Part shown: positions 37,939 to 47,191 of the stretch, piece after piece
Layout: each line of letters starts with the position of its first letter
How positions within the stretch are numbered: position 1 is the first letter of the stretch
From: Candidatus Brocadiia bacterium
GTDB lineage: Bacteria; Planctomycetota; Brocadiia; CAIUPP01
Direction of reading: 5' to 3'
Assembly (NCBI GenBank): GCA_050015075.1
Contig: JBEKCB010000004.1
Span: 96,001 to 160,000, forward strand
DNA length: 64,000 nucleotides
Notes under the pieces: generated by a model
Databases searched by the model: none
The model's input: only the letters and a program-made list of their open reading frames with translations
What the model was told of the DNA's origin: nothing
Made by a program: the position numbers and the translations under genes

Positions 37939-38847
37939 ATGACCAACGATCGCAACCCGATGGAAGAGGCGATCCGCAAAGCGCAGACGCTGATCGAGGC
38001 GCTGCCGTACATCCGCGCGTTCCGCGGCAAGGTGTTCGTCGTCAAGTTCGGCGGCGCGGCGATGGAAGTCCCGGCGACGCTCGAAAGCGTCCTCGGCGAC
38101 GTGCTTTTCCTCGGCGCCGTCGGAATCCGGCCGGTGCTGGTGCACGGCGGCGGGCCGGAGATCACGCGCGAGATGAAAGCGCGGAAGATCGAGCCGCGTT
38201 TCGTGCGCGGCCATCGGCTGACCGACGAGGCGACGCTGCGCATCGTGCAGGACGTGCTGGCCAATCGCATCAACGCGGGCATCTGCAAGCGGCTCGAACA
38301 GCTCGGCGGACGGCCGGTGGCGTTCGCGAGCCCGGCGCAGGGCGCGCTCAAGGCGCGGCGCCGGCTGACGAAAATCCAGACGCCCGACGGCCGCACCGAG
38401 GAGATTGACCTGGGCCTGGTCGGCGATATGGTCGGCATCGCCGAGTCTCAGTTCCGAACCGCGCTCGAGGCGGACCTGGTGCCCATCGTCGCGCCGCTGG
38501 CGCTCGGCGAGAACGGCGAGACGCTCAACGTCAACGCGGACATGGTCGCCGCCTGCGTCGCCGCCGGCCTCCGCGCCGAGAAGGCGGTCTTCCTGACCGA
38601 CACGCGCGGGATCATGACTGACCCGAAAGACACCGGGTCGTTCGCGGACACGCTGACGGAGTCGCAGATTGACGACCTGATCCGCCGCGGGGTGATTGAC
38701 GGCGGCATGCTGCCGAAAGTGGAGGCCGGCCTCACGGCGTTGAAGGCCGGCGTGCGGAAGACGCATATCATTGACGGCCGCGTCCAGCACGCGCTGTTGC
38801 TGGAGATATTCACGGACAAAGGCGTTGGCACGCAGATCACCCATTAA
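37939..38847 (+). CDS. argB: Acetylglutamate kinase
   Basis: EALPYI...VVKFGGAAM, VHGGGPEI, NVNAD, GGMLPKV, LLLEIFTDKGVGT. Confidence 0.95.
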   Translation: MTNDRNPMEEAIRKAQTLIEALPYIRAFRGKVFVVKFGGAAMEVPATLESVLGDVLFLGAVGIRPVLVHGGGPEITREMKARKIEPRFVRGHRLTDEATLRIVQDVLANRINAGICKRLEQLGGRPVAFASPAQGALKARRRLTKIQTPDGRTEEIDLGLVGDMVGIAESQFRTALEADLVPIVAPLALGENGETLNVNADMVAACVAAGLRAEKAVFLTDTRGIMTDPKDTGSFADTLTESQIDDLIRRGVIDGGMLPKVEAGLTALKAGVRKTHIIDGRVQHALLLEIFTDKGVGTQITH

Positions 38848-40363
38848 TCGGTCGGCCACGGTTTGGCGAAGCGCAGGCGCGGCGGCCGCGTTGGCGCTCG
38901 GGCTCATTGTTTTCGCCACCGGACCGGCGTTCGCCGATGAGCCGAGCCTGAATCTCTCGCCGCTTTGCCGCCTCGAATCCACGCCCGCGGAATCGGAGCG
39001 CAGCTTCGAGGCGCTCTGGCCGCTCTTCGAGTGGCGCGACTCGGCCGCCTTCGAGGAGCTCTACATCCGGCCGATCTACAACCGCCGCACCGACAAAGCC
39101 CAGAAGATCACCGAGTCGGACTGGCTCTGGCCGTTCGGTTTCGGCACCGGCCGCCCCGATGTGAACCGGCAGGTGGTTTACCCGCTCTTCCTGCACGAGA
39201 ATGAAACCGCCAGCGACGGCAGCCCGGAGAGCCGCACGATCCTGCTTCCGCTGCTCTATCAGCATTCCAGGCACGGCGTGTCCGACCTGCTGATCTTCCC
39301 GTTCGGCGGCGTGCTCCACAATTTCCTGGACCGCCAGAAAATTGTGATCGTGCTCTGGCCGATTTACGTGTATCAGCGCAGCCACGAGGCGCAGGACTGG
39401 AGCATCCTGTTTCCGATCTTTTCGTACATCCGCTGGGACGACGGCTCGCGCGGATTCAAGTTCTGGCCGCTGATCGGCATCAACCAGCGGCCGAATAAGT
39501 TCTACAGGCTTTTCGCGCTCTGGCCGATAATACACTACGAGAATGTGATCCTGCCGCAAGGCACGATCCACGCCTGGGCGGTCTGGCCGTTTTACAGCTC
39601 CGAGACGGGACCGGGCGGCTGGGACTGGTCGGTCGCGTGGCCGTTCATCAGCGGGCACTTCGAGCGCAACGAGACGCAGCACTGGTTCCCGTGGCCGTTC
39701 CTCGGGCGGCTCTCCGGCGAGAAAGTAAGCGGCTGGACGTTCTGGCCGGCTTTCTCCATCACGAAACGCCCGGAGAAGACCGACGGGTATTATCTCTGGC
39801 CGCTCGGCTGGTTCAGCCGGAAGAAGGGAGCGGACACGGCGTTTTCGTTCCGGCTCATTCCGCTGATGTTCTACGAGAGCGAGACGCGGCTGCGGAAGTC
39901 TCCGGCCGTGCCGCCCGCCTCGCCGGCGGCGCCGGAGGCGTGGTCCGGCGCGACGGGCGCCCTGCCGCCGGGCGCGGAGCCGCAGGCGGAATCCTCCGGC
40001 GCCTGGCAGGTCTGGCCGCTGGTAAAGCACCGGTCCGACGCGGACGGCGCGCGCCACCTGGAAGTGCTCTCGCTCTTCCCGCTGCGCTGGTACGCGCCGT
40101 GGGAGCGGAATTTTGCGCCGTTTTTCCGCGTCTTCGAATACGAACGTGCCGCCGACGGCGAAACTTCGTGGCGGGCGCTCTGGCGTCTCTGGCGCGTGGA
40201 CCGCGGGCCGGCGGTCAACGCAGTTGAATTCGCACCGCTGTTCAGAGTATATGATAGGCCGCCGTCGGCCGAGCGCGGCTGGAGCGCCCTGCTGGGACTC
40301 ATCGCCTGCGATCGGACCCAGGAGACCCGCACCTGGCGGTTGCTGTACTTAATCAAGTTCTGA
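38825..40363 (+). CDS. Exported aromatic-rich beta-repeat protein upstream of mlaEFD (putative outer-membrane component)
   Basis: Probable TTG start with signal peptide ending AFA|DEP; about 20 repeats of xxLWPFY-like motifs; terminal Phe. Confidence 0.6.
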   Translation: MARRSPINRSATVWRSAGAAAALALGLIVFATGPAFADEPSLNLSPLCRLESTPAESERSFEALWPLFEWRDSAAFEELYIRPIYNRRTDKAQKITESDWLWPFGFGTGRPDVNRQVVYPLFLHENETASDGSPESRTILLPLLYQHSRHGVSDLLIFPFGGVLHNFLDRQKIVIVLWPIYVYQRSHEAQDWSILFPIFSYIRWDDGSRGFKFWPLIGINQRPNKFYRLFALWPIIHYENVILPQGTIHAWAVWPFYSSETGPGGWDWSVAWPFISGHFERNETQHWFPWPFLGRLSGEKVSGWTFWPAFSITKRPEKTDGYYLWPLGWFSRKKGADTAFSFRLIPLMFYESETRLRKSPAVPPASPAAPEAWSGATGALPPGAEPQAESSGAWQVWPLVKHRSDADGARHLEVLSLFPLRWYAPWERNFAPFFRVFEYERAADGETSWRALWRLWRVDRGPAVNAVEFAPLFRVYDRPPSAERGWSALLGLIACDRTQETRTWRLLYLIKF

Positions 40364-40387
40364 CCCTCGTCCAAGGACCGCTGACGA

Positions 40388-41161
40388 ATGACGCCAACCC
40401 TGATCGAGAACCTCGGCCAGCGGCTTTTCGGCGCGTGCGAAGAGGCCGGCAACATGGTCGTGCTGTTCGTGGAGAGCCTCCGCGAATGCGGCCGGGTGAT
40501 GGAGCATCCGCACCGCATCTTCGTCCAGATGAAGAATATGGGCAACGACACGCTCTTCATCGCTTCGGCGATCTCGCTCTTCATCGGAATGACGCTCGCG
40601 CTCTACAGCGGCCACGCGCTGGTGCAGTTCCAGTACACCGAGGCGCTGCCGAGCCTCGTGGCGAACTCCATCGTCAAGGAAATGGCGCCGGTGATCACGG
40701 CGCTGCTGCTGGCCGGCCGCATCGGCGCGGCGATCGCCGCCGAAATCGGCACGATGCGCGTGAACGAGGAGATTGACGCGCTCTATACGCTCGGCATCAG
40801 CCCCATCCGCTACCTGGCGATGCCGCGCTTCGTCGGCTGCATCACCATGCTCCCGGTCCTGGTCATTTACGCGAGCCTCGTCGGTATGTTCGGCGGCGCG
40901 CTCATCGCCTCGGCGTACTTCAATATGACCTGGGGAGCGTATTTCAAGGCCGCTTTCAAGTCCCTGGACATGTCGGACGTCAGCGAAGGCCTGCTGAAGG
41001 CGCTTCTCTTCGGCGCGATCGTAGCCGTCGTCTCCATTCATCGCGGCCTGAGCACGCGCGGCGGCGCCGAGGGCGTCGGCCGAGCCATTACCCGCTGCGT
41101 GGTGACCTGCTTCATCTGGATCATTGTCTGCGATTATTTTGTGACCCGGTTCATGATGTGA
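40388..41161 (+). CDS. mlaE: MlaE family ABC transporter permease
   Basis: KEMAPVITALLLAGRIGAAIAAEIGTMRVNEEIDAL...P, GGAEGVGRA.T. Confidence 0.92.
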   Translation: MTPTLIENLGQRLFGACEEAGNMVVLFVESLRECGRVMEHPHRIFVQMKNMGNDTLFIASAISLFIGMTLALYSGHALVQFQYTEALPSLVANSIVKEMAPVITALLLAGRIGAAIAAEIGTMRVNEEIDALYTLGISPIRYLAMPRFVGCITMLPVLVIYASLVGMFGGALIASAYFNMTWGAYFKAAFKSLDMSDVSEGLLKALLFGAIVAVVSIHRGLSTRGGAEGVGRAITRCVVTCFIWIIVCDYFVTRFMM

Positions 41162-41928
41162 ACGAACAGACCACACAACCGCCGGCGTACGATATCGAGT
41201 CGCGGGAACTCCGCAAGAGCTTCGGCGACCACGAGGTGCTGCGCGGCGTCAACCTCCAGGTGCCGAAGGGCAGCACCTGCGTCCTGGTGGGGCCTTCCGG
41301 CTGCGGCAAGAGCGTTTTCCTCAAGCACATCGTGGCGCTTCTGACGCCCGATTCAGGCGAGATGATGGTGCTGGGCAAGAACATCGCCGAGCTGCCGCCG
41401 CAGGAACTTCTGGCGCTGCGCCGCCACGTGGGCATGGTCTTCCAGTCCTCGGCGCTGCTCAACAGCCTGACCGTCGAAGAGAACGTAGCGCTCGGGCTCA
41501 CGGAGTTCAAGGAGAAATCGCCCGAGGAAATCCACGAGATCGTGAACGAGAAGCTGGCGCTGGTCGAGATGGCGGACACGAACCACCTGCTGCCCGAGGA
41601 ACTCAGCGGCGGCATGCGCAAGCGCGTGGCCGTCGCGCGCACGCTGGCGCTCGGACCGGAGATCATCCTCTTCGACGAGCCCACCGTCGGCCTCGATCCG
41701 CTGCTCTCGACCAACGTGGACAAACTGATCCTCGATCTCAAGGAGAAAGTCGGCTGCACGAACGTCGTCGTCACCCACGACCTGATCACCGCCTTCCGCG
41801 TGGCCGACCGGATCGGCATGTTCCACGACGGTCTCATCACCGCCCTCGGCACGCCGGAGGAATTCGCCCATTCGAAGGAGCCGGTCGTGCAGGAGTTCAT
41901 CGCGCGCAATCGCGATTGGAAAATTTAA
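41158..41928 (+). CDS. mlaF: MlaF family ABC transporter ATP-binding protein
   Basis: GPSGCGKS, LSGGMRKRV, FDEPTVGLDP, VTHD; GTGA overlap with mlaE. Confidence 0.92.
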   Translation: MNEQTTQPPAYDIESRELRKSFGDHEVLRGVNLQVPKGSTCVLVGPSGCGKSVFLKHIVALLTPDSGEMMVLGKNIAELPPQELLALRRHVGMVFQSSALLNSLTVEENVALGLTEFKEKSPEEIHEIVNEKLALVEMADTNHLLPEELSGGMRKRVAVARTLALGPEIILFDEPTVGLDPLLSTNVDKLILDLKEKVGCTNVVVTHDLITAFRVADRIGMFHDGLITALGTPEEFAHSKEPVVQEFIARNRDWKI

Positions 41929-41972
41929 ACGCGTCCGCCTGGACCACCCCACTTTGAGAGGGAGCGACGGAA

Positions 41973-43115
41973 ATGGCTCTGAGCGTTGAAACGAAAGTCG
42001 GCCTCTTCTTCCTCGTCGGCCTGGCGATCCTGGGCGTCATCACGTTCCGGGTGGCCAACGTGAGTGAGTACTTCGAGCCGAAGGCTTATTACAAGGCCTT
42101 CTTCCCGTCCGCCTCCGGGCTGAATCCCGACGACCCCGTCGCCGTCGCCGGGCTGAAGGTCGGCAAGATCAAGTCGCTGGAACTCAAGGAAACCGGCGTC
42201 CTGATGACGCTGACGATTGACCCGAAAGTCCGCATCCGCAAGGACGCCATCGCCACCGTCGCCTGGGGCGGCCTGCTCGGGAACCGCTACATTGACATCT
42301 CGCTCGGCAAGCCGGACCAGCCGTGGCTGGAACCCGGCTCGGAAATCCCCGTCGGGCCCACCATCGAGCTGACCGACGTGCTCTTCAAGATCAATGCCGC
42401 CGCGTCGGACCTGCAGGACATGCTGAAGACCACCGGCGCAGGCTCCAAGGTCCAGGCGCTGCTGGACAACCTGACCAAGGCCTCCGCGGACATCGCCAAG
42501 GTGACCGAGGACATCCGCGAGCGGCGCGGCACAGTCGGAAAACTCATCGGGTCCGACGAACTCTACAACAAAGCCATGGGCATCGCCGACGACCTGAAGG
42601 GCTCCGCCGCCGACGTGCGCAAATTGCTGGCCGACAACGACCAGCGCCTGCGCGACATCCTCGCGAAGCTCGACGCCGCCATCCCCGAGGCGAAGGACGC
42701 CTTCAGCTCCATCAAAAAACTCGGCGACGAAGCCAACAACGGCAAGGGTGTCGTGGCCACGCTGCTCAACGACGAGAAGATGGCGCAGGACCTGCGCACT
42801 TCCGTGGCGCGCCTGGGCAGCACGCTTGACCGGCTCGACGCGCTCACCAAAAACATCCAGGAAGGCCAGGGCCTCGCCGGCCGGATCATCAACGACCCGC
42901 AGATGGCCGACGACGTCCGCGACGCGATCAAAAGCCTGCGCGTCGTCGCGGAGCGGCTCGATACGGGCGACAATACCATCGCGCGGCTGACCCGCGACAA
43001 GGACCTCTATGAGGATGTCAAGAAACTGCTCGACGACGCGCGTGAGACGCTGCGCAGCGTCAAGGAACAGGTTCCGGTCAGCACCTTCGCCAGCCTGCTG
43101 CTGACGACGTTCTAG
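41973..43115 (+). CDS. mlaD: MlaD/MCE family protein with long helical C-terminus
   Basis: ETKVGLF TM anchor; MCE core GL....PV.VAGLKVGKI...GLLGNRYIDI..G; repeated G..GKLI.D..LY helical units. Confidence 0.88.
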   Translation: MALSVETKVGLFFLVGLAILGVITFRVANVSEYFEPKAYYKAFFPSASGLNPDDPVAVAGLKVGKIKSLELKETGVLMTLTIDPKVRIRKDAIATVAWGGLLGNRYIDISLGKPDQPWLEPGSEIPVGPTIELTDVLFKINAAASDLQDMLKTTGAGSKVQALLDNLTKASADIAKVTEDIRERRGTVGKLIGSDELYNKAMGIADDLKGSAADVRKLLADNDQRLRDILAKLDAAIPEAKDAFSSIKKLGDEANNGKGVVATLLNDEKMAQDLRTSVARLGSTLDRLDALTKNIQEGQGLAGRIINDPQMADDVRDAIKSLRVVAERLDTGDNTIARLTRDKDLYEDVKKLLDDARETLRSVKEQVPVSTFASLLLTTF

Positions 43116-43242
43116 CAGGCGCGTTCCCGGGCCTCGGTCATCGTTGTGGCCCTCCGATTTCCGCGTTCCCGCTCTCTTGCAGAGCGCGCACCCGCCGTGT
43201 AATATAGGAACCCGTCACGGCCAATCGCTCGAAAGGAAAAGA

Positions 43243-44436
43243 ATGACCGGTTCCGAAACGATCGCGCTCTATCGGCAGTACGTCATCGGCAATTACACGC
43301 GCCTGCCCATCGTGTTCGTCCGGGGCGAAGGCAGCTACCTGTGGGACGCCGACGGCCGGCGCTACCTTGACCTCTTTCCCGGCTGGGGCGTGGACGGCCT
43401 GGGCCACTGCCACCCGCGTGTCGTCGCAGCGATCCGCGAGCAGGCCGGCAAGCTCCTCCACGTCGCGAACAATTATTACATGGAGCCGCAGGGACGGTTC
43501 GCGCAGATCCTTTCGGAGCGCTCGTTCGGCGGGCAGTGCTTCTTCTGCAACTCCGGCGCCGAGTCGAACGAGGGCGCGATGAAACTCGCCCGCCTGGCGA
43601 CGCACGCCGCCGCCGGCAAATCGCGCTGGAAGTTCATCACCTTCGAGAACAGCTTCCACGGCCGCACGCTCGCGGCGATCTCCGCGACGGCGCAACCCAA
43701 ATACCACAAGGGGTTTGAGCCGATCGTCCCCGGGTTCCTCTACGCGCCTTTCAACGACCTGAAAGCCGTCGAGGCGCTCGTGGACAAAGAGACCTGCGCC
43801 ATCCTCGTCGAGCCGATCCAGGGCGAGGGCGGCATCAATGTCGGCACGCCCGAATTCCTGCAGGGCCTCCGCAAAATTTGCGACCGCGAGGGCATGATCC
43901 TCATCTTCGACGAGGTCCAGACCGGCTGCGGACGCACCGGGAAATGGTTCGGGTATCAGCACTTCGGCGTGACGCCGGACATCATGACGCTGTCGAAGAT
44001 GCTCGGCGGCGGCGCGGTGATCGGCGCGATCGTCGCCCAGCCCAAGGTGGCCGAGAAGCTCGCTCCCGGCACGCACGCCTCGACCTTCGGCGGCAACCCG
44101 CTCGCCTGCGCGGCGGGCATCGCCACGTTCGAGGCGATCGAGGAGGAGAACCTGCTCAAGAACACCGTGGCCGTCGGCCGGCATACAACCACCCGGCTCC
44201 GGGCCATGAAGGCGAAGTTCCCGTTCATCCGTGAAGTTCGCGGAAAGGGCCTGATGATCGGCATGGAACTCGACCGCCCCGGCAAGGACGTCGTCGCGCG
44301 CTGCCTGGCCGAGGGACTGCTCATCAACTGCACGCACGATACCGTGATCCGCATGCTGCCCGCCATGACGATCTCGCGCGAGATCATGGACGAGGGACTC
44401 GACATCCTGGAAAACTCCCTCGCGGCGGAAAAGTAA
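43243..44436 (+). CDS. argD: Acetylornithine aminotransferase
   Basis: GHCHP, NSGAESNE, SFHGRT, EPIQGEGG, DEVQTGCGRTG, HASTFGGNPLA; ATG 43243 after AAAGGA; promoter candidate TTGCAG (43177) - 17 - TAATAT. Confidence 0.92.
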   Translation: MTGSETIALYRQYVIGNYTRLPIVFVRGEGSYLWDADGRRYLDLFPGWGVDGLGHCHPRVVAAIREQAGKLLHVANNYYMEPQGRFAQILSERSFGGQCFFCNSGAESNEGAMKLARLATHAAAGKSRWKFITFENSFHGRTLAAISATAQPKYHKGFEPIVPGFLYAPFNDLKAVEALVDKETCAILVEPIQGEGGINVGTPEFLQGLRKICDREGMILIFDEVQTGCGRTGKWFGYQHFGVTPDIMTLSKMLGGGAVIGAIVAQPKVAEKLAPGTHASTFGGNPLACAAGIATFEAIEEENLLKNTVAVGRHTTTRLRAMKAKFPFIREVRGKGLMIGMELDRPGKDVVARCLAEGLLINCTHDTVIRMLPAMTISREIMDEGLDILENSLAAEK

Positions 44437-44459
44437 GAACGACGAAGAACAAGTTTTTT

Positions 44460-44639
44460 GACCGCGAAAACGCGAAAAACGGAAACGTCAAACGGAATTG
44501 GAACCACAGAGCAATAGCGCGAGCTGGCGAGCGCTGCCTATCGCCACAGATGCGCACAGTTAAGAAACTTCGTATCTGTGCCTATCTGTGTTCATCTGTG
44601 GTTTAAACTTTTCTTTCGCGTTTTCGCGTTTTCGCGGTC
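44460..44639. repeat. Nested composite palindrome (9-nt-unit outer arms, 10-nt-unit inner arms)
   Basis: Outer GACCGCGAAAACGCGAAAAACGGAAA / TTTCGCGTTTTCGCGTTTTCGCGGTC; inner AACCACAGA...CACAGATGCGCACAG / ATCTGTGCCTATCTGTGTTCATCTGTGGTT. Confidence 0.75.
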
Positions 44640-44677
44640 CAAGATTACGTTTCTTTTCCTGTGGTGAGGGAGCACGC

Positions 44678-45607
44678 ATGAAGAGCCGGCATTTCGTGAG
44701 CATCGCCAGCACGCCGCTGGAGGACCTCCTGGAAATCTTCGACGTCACGGCGCGCCAGAAGGAGACGCTGGCGCGTGAAGGCCGCCTCGGCCCCCTGCTC
44801 GAAGGCAAGACGCTCGGCATGCTGTTCGAGAAGCCGTCGCTGCGGACGCGCGTCTCGTTCGAGGTGGCGATGGCGCAGCTCGGCGGCCACACGACCACGC
44901 TCGGCCAGGGCGAAGTGCAGCTCGGCCAGCGCGAGGCGGTCTGCGACTTCGCGCGCGTCCTCTCCCGGTACGTGGACGTCATCGCCGCGCGCGTCTTCCA
45001 GCATCGGCACGTCGAGGAAATGGCGCGGAACAGCCGGGTCGCCGTGATCAACGCGCTGAGCGACTACTCGCATCCGTGCCAGGCGCTCGCCGATCTCTGG
45101 ACTTTCAAGGAACACGTCGGCCGCTGGGAAGGCGCCAAGCTCGCGTTCGTCGGCGACGGGAACAACGTCGCGCGCTCGCTCGGGTTCCTCTGCGCCAAAC
45201 TGGGCGTGCGCTTCGCCCTGGCTTCGCCGATCGGCTACGGCTTCGACGACGCCTACCTCGAAAAGCTGGAGCGCACGGTGGAGAACAAGAAGTTCAGCCT
45301 CGAGATGGGCGCCGATCCTAAGAAACTTCTGCGCGGCGCCGATGCCGTCTACACCGACGTCTGGGCCAGTATGGGCCAGGAGGCGGAGCGCGAGAAGCGC
45401 AAGAAAGAATTCGCTGCCTACCAGCTCAACGAGAAACTGCTTCGCTGCGCGAAGCCGGGCGCCATCGTGCTTCATTGTCTGCCGGCGCACCGCGGCGAGG
45501 AGATCACCGACGGCGTGATGGACGGACCGCAGGCCGCTGTCTACGACCAGGCGGAGAACCGGATGCACACCGAGCGCGCGCTGCTCACGCTCCTCACGAA
45601 GAAGTAG
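44678..45607 (+). CDS. argF: Ornithine carbamoyltransferase
   Basis: FEKPSLRTR, HPCQALAD, GDGNNV, DVWASMG, HCLP, QAENR. Confidence 0.95.
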   Translation: MKSRHFVSIASTPLEDLLEIFDVTARQKETLAREGRLGPLLEGKTLGMLFEKPSLRTRVSFEVAMAQLGGHTTTLGQGEVQLGQREAVCDFARVLSRYVDVIAARVFQHRHVEEMARNSRVAVINALSDYSHPCQALADLWTFKEHVGRWEGAKLAFVGDGNNVARSLGFLCAKLGVRFALASPIGYGFDDAYLEKLERTVENKKFSLEMGADPKKLLRGADAVYTDVWASMGQEAEREKRKKEFAAYQLNEKLLRCAKPGAIVLHCLPAHRGEEITDGVMDGPQAAVYDQAENRMHTERALLTLLTKK

Positions 45608-45641
45608 TGTGGCGACCAGGTAATGACTCGCATAACGCGCG

Positions 45642-45727
45642 GTCATTCCGAGCGCAGCGAGGAATCTCATACGCTGCGCTCCGTCCACGGTTTGTGGTGT
45701 GAGATGCTTCGCTGCGCTCAGCATGAC
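45642..45727. repeat. Palindromic extragenic element, family A copy 3 (inverted relative to copy 2)
   Basis: GTCATTCCGAGCGCAGCGAGGAATCT...AGATGCTTCGCTGCGCTCAGCATGAC; the spacer also aligns with the reverse complement of copy 2. Confidence 0.75.
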
Positions 45728-45779
45728 TTCGGTTGAGCTAGGGCGACTTATCCGCGGGAAACGATGCTAGGAGGTCCGC

Positions 45780-46526
45780 TTGGCTTCGAGAGGCCGGAGC
45801 GACGGCCGGCGCGCCGACGAGTTGCGGCGCGTCACCGTCGAGATGGACTGCATGAAGTTCGCGCGCGGCTCAGCGCTCATCCGCGCCGGCAACACTGCCG
45901 TGCTCTGCACCGCGAGCGTCGAGGAGAACGTGCCACCCTTCCTGGCCGGCAAAGGCGTCGGCTGGCTCACGGCCGAGTATGCGATGCTCCCGGCCAGCAC
46001 GCCGACGCGCAAGCCGCGCGAATCGTCCTCCGGCCGCACCGATGGCCGCACGCAGGAAATCCGCCGCATCATCGGCCGCGCGCTCCGCGCCGCAGTGGAC
46101 CTCAACGGCATCGGCGAGCGCACCCTCCTGCTCGACTGCGACGTCCTCCAGGCCGATGGCGGCACGCGGACGCTGGCCGTCACCGGCGCGTGGCTTGCGC
46201 TCGCCATGGCCGTCCGCCGTCTCCAGCGCCAGGGCCTCCTCAGCGGCAATCCCGTCCGCCGCCAAATCGCCGCCACGAGCGTCGGCATCGTCACCGGACG
46301 GTGTCTGCTCGATCTCGCGTACGACGAGGACTCGCGCGCCGAGGTGGACATGAACGTCGTGATGACCGACGACGAGCGGTTCATCGAGATCCAGGGCACC
46401 GCCGAGAATGAGCCGTTCGACGAGCGCCGCCTCGGCCAACTGCTCGCCCTCGCGAGGAACGGTTGCCGCCGGCTGATGAAAATCCAGAACGCCGCGCTCC
46501 GCGCCTGGGAAAAGGGAAAGCGGTGA
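45780..46526 (+). CDS. rph: Ribonuclease PH
   Basis: RSDGR, GWLTAEYAMLP, GRTQEI.R.IGR.LR, DCDVLQADGGTRT, EIQGTAE; TTG start after AGGAGG. Confidence 0.95.
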   Translation: MASRGRSDGRRADELRRVTVEMDCMKFARGSALIRAGNTAVLCTASVEENVPPFLAGKGVGWLTAEYAMLPASTPTRKPRESSSGRTDGRTQEIRRIIGRALRAAVDLNGIGERTLLLDCDVLQADGGTRTLAVTGAWLALAMAVRRLQRQGLLSGNPVRRQIAATSVGIVTGRCLLDLAYDEDSRAEVDMNVVMTDDERFIEIQGTAENEPFDERRLGQLLALARNGCRRLMKIQNAALRAWEKGKR

Positions 46527-47170
46527 CGGCGCGCGGCCCGTTCGACAATGTGCGGAGCCGAGCGTTGGTGGTCGGGTCGTTCAACCAGGCGAAGGCTGCG
46601 GAGATGGCGGAACTCCTTCGCGGGCTTGAAGTTCCGATCCGCTCGCTGCGGGACTTCCCGGAAGTTCGGCCCGTTCCGGAGACCGGCGAGACTTTCGCCG
46701 AGAACGCCCGCGAGAAGGCGCTGGGCCTTGTGCGGCAGATCGGCGACGCGGAGATTCTCGGCCTGGTCGCGGACGATTCGGGGCTGGAGGTGGATGCGCT
46801 CGGCGGCCGGCCGGGCGTGCGCTCGGCGCGCTACGTGAGCGAGTCCGCCACGGACCCGGAGCGCGTGCTGCGGCTGCTCGAAGAACTGGACGGGTTGCCG
46901 CCGGAGCGGCGCACCGCGCGCTTTCGCTGCCACGTGGCGCTCGCGAATGCGGAGCGAGTGCTGATCGAGACGGAGGGCGCGGTGGAAGGACGGATCGCCT
47001 TCGCGCCGGCGGGATCGTTCGGGTTCGGCTACGACCCGATCTTCATTCCGCGCGGATACGACCGCACGTTCGGCGAGATCGGCGCAGACTTGAAACCGCG
47101 GATCAGCCACCGTGCCGTGGCGCTGCGGGAATTCCGGGAACGCTTGAAGCGGATGCTCGATCAATCATAG
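46523..47170 (+). CDS. rdgB: Non-canonical purine NTP pyrophosphatase (RdgB/HAM1)
   Basis: ETGETFAENA..KA, ADDSGL.VDAL.G.PGV.SARY, GFGYDPIF, SHR; GTGA overlap with rph. Confidence 0.93.
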   Translation: MTARGPFDNVRSRALVVGSFNQAKAAEMAELLRGLEVPIRSLRDFPEVRPVPETGETFAENAREKALGLVRQIGDAEILGLVADDSGLEVDALGGRPGVRSARYVSESATDPERVLRLLEELDGLPPERRTARFRCHVALANAERVLIETEGAVEGRIAFAPAGSFGFGYDPIFIPRGYDRTFGEIGADLKPRISHRAVALREFRERLKRMLDQS

Positions 47171-47191
47171 TTTTGCAGAGGGACTGAAACC

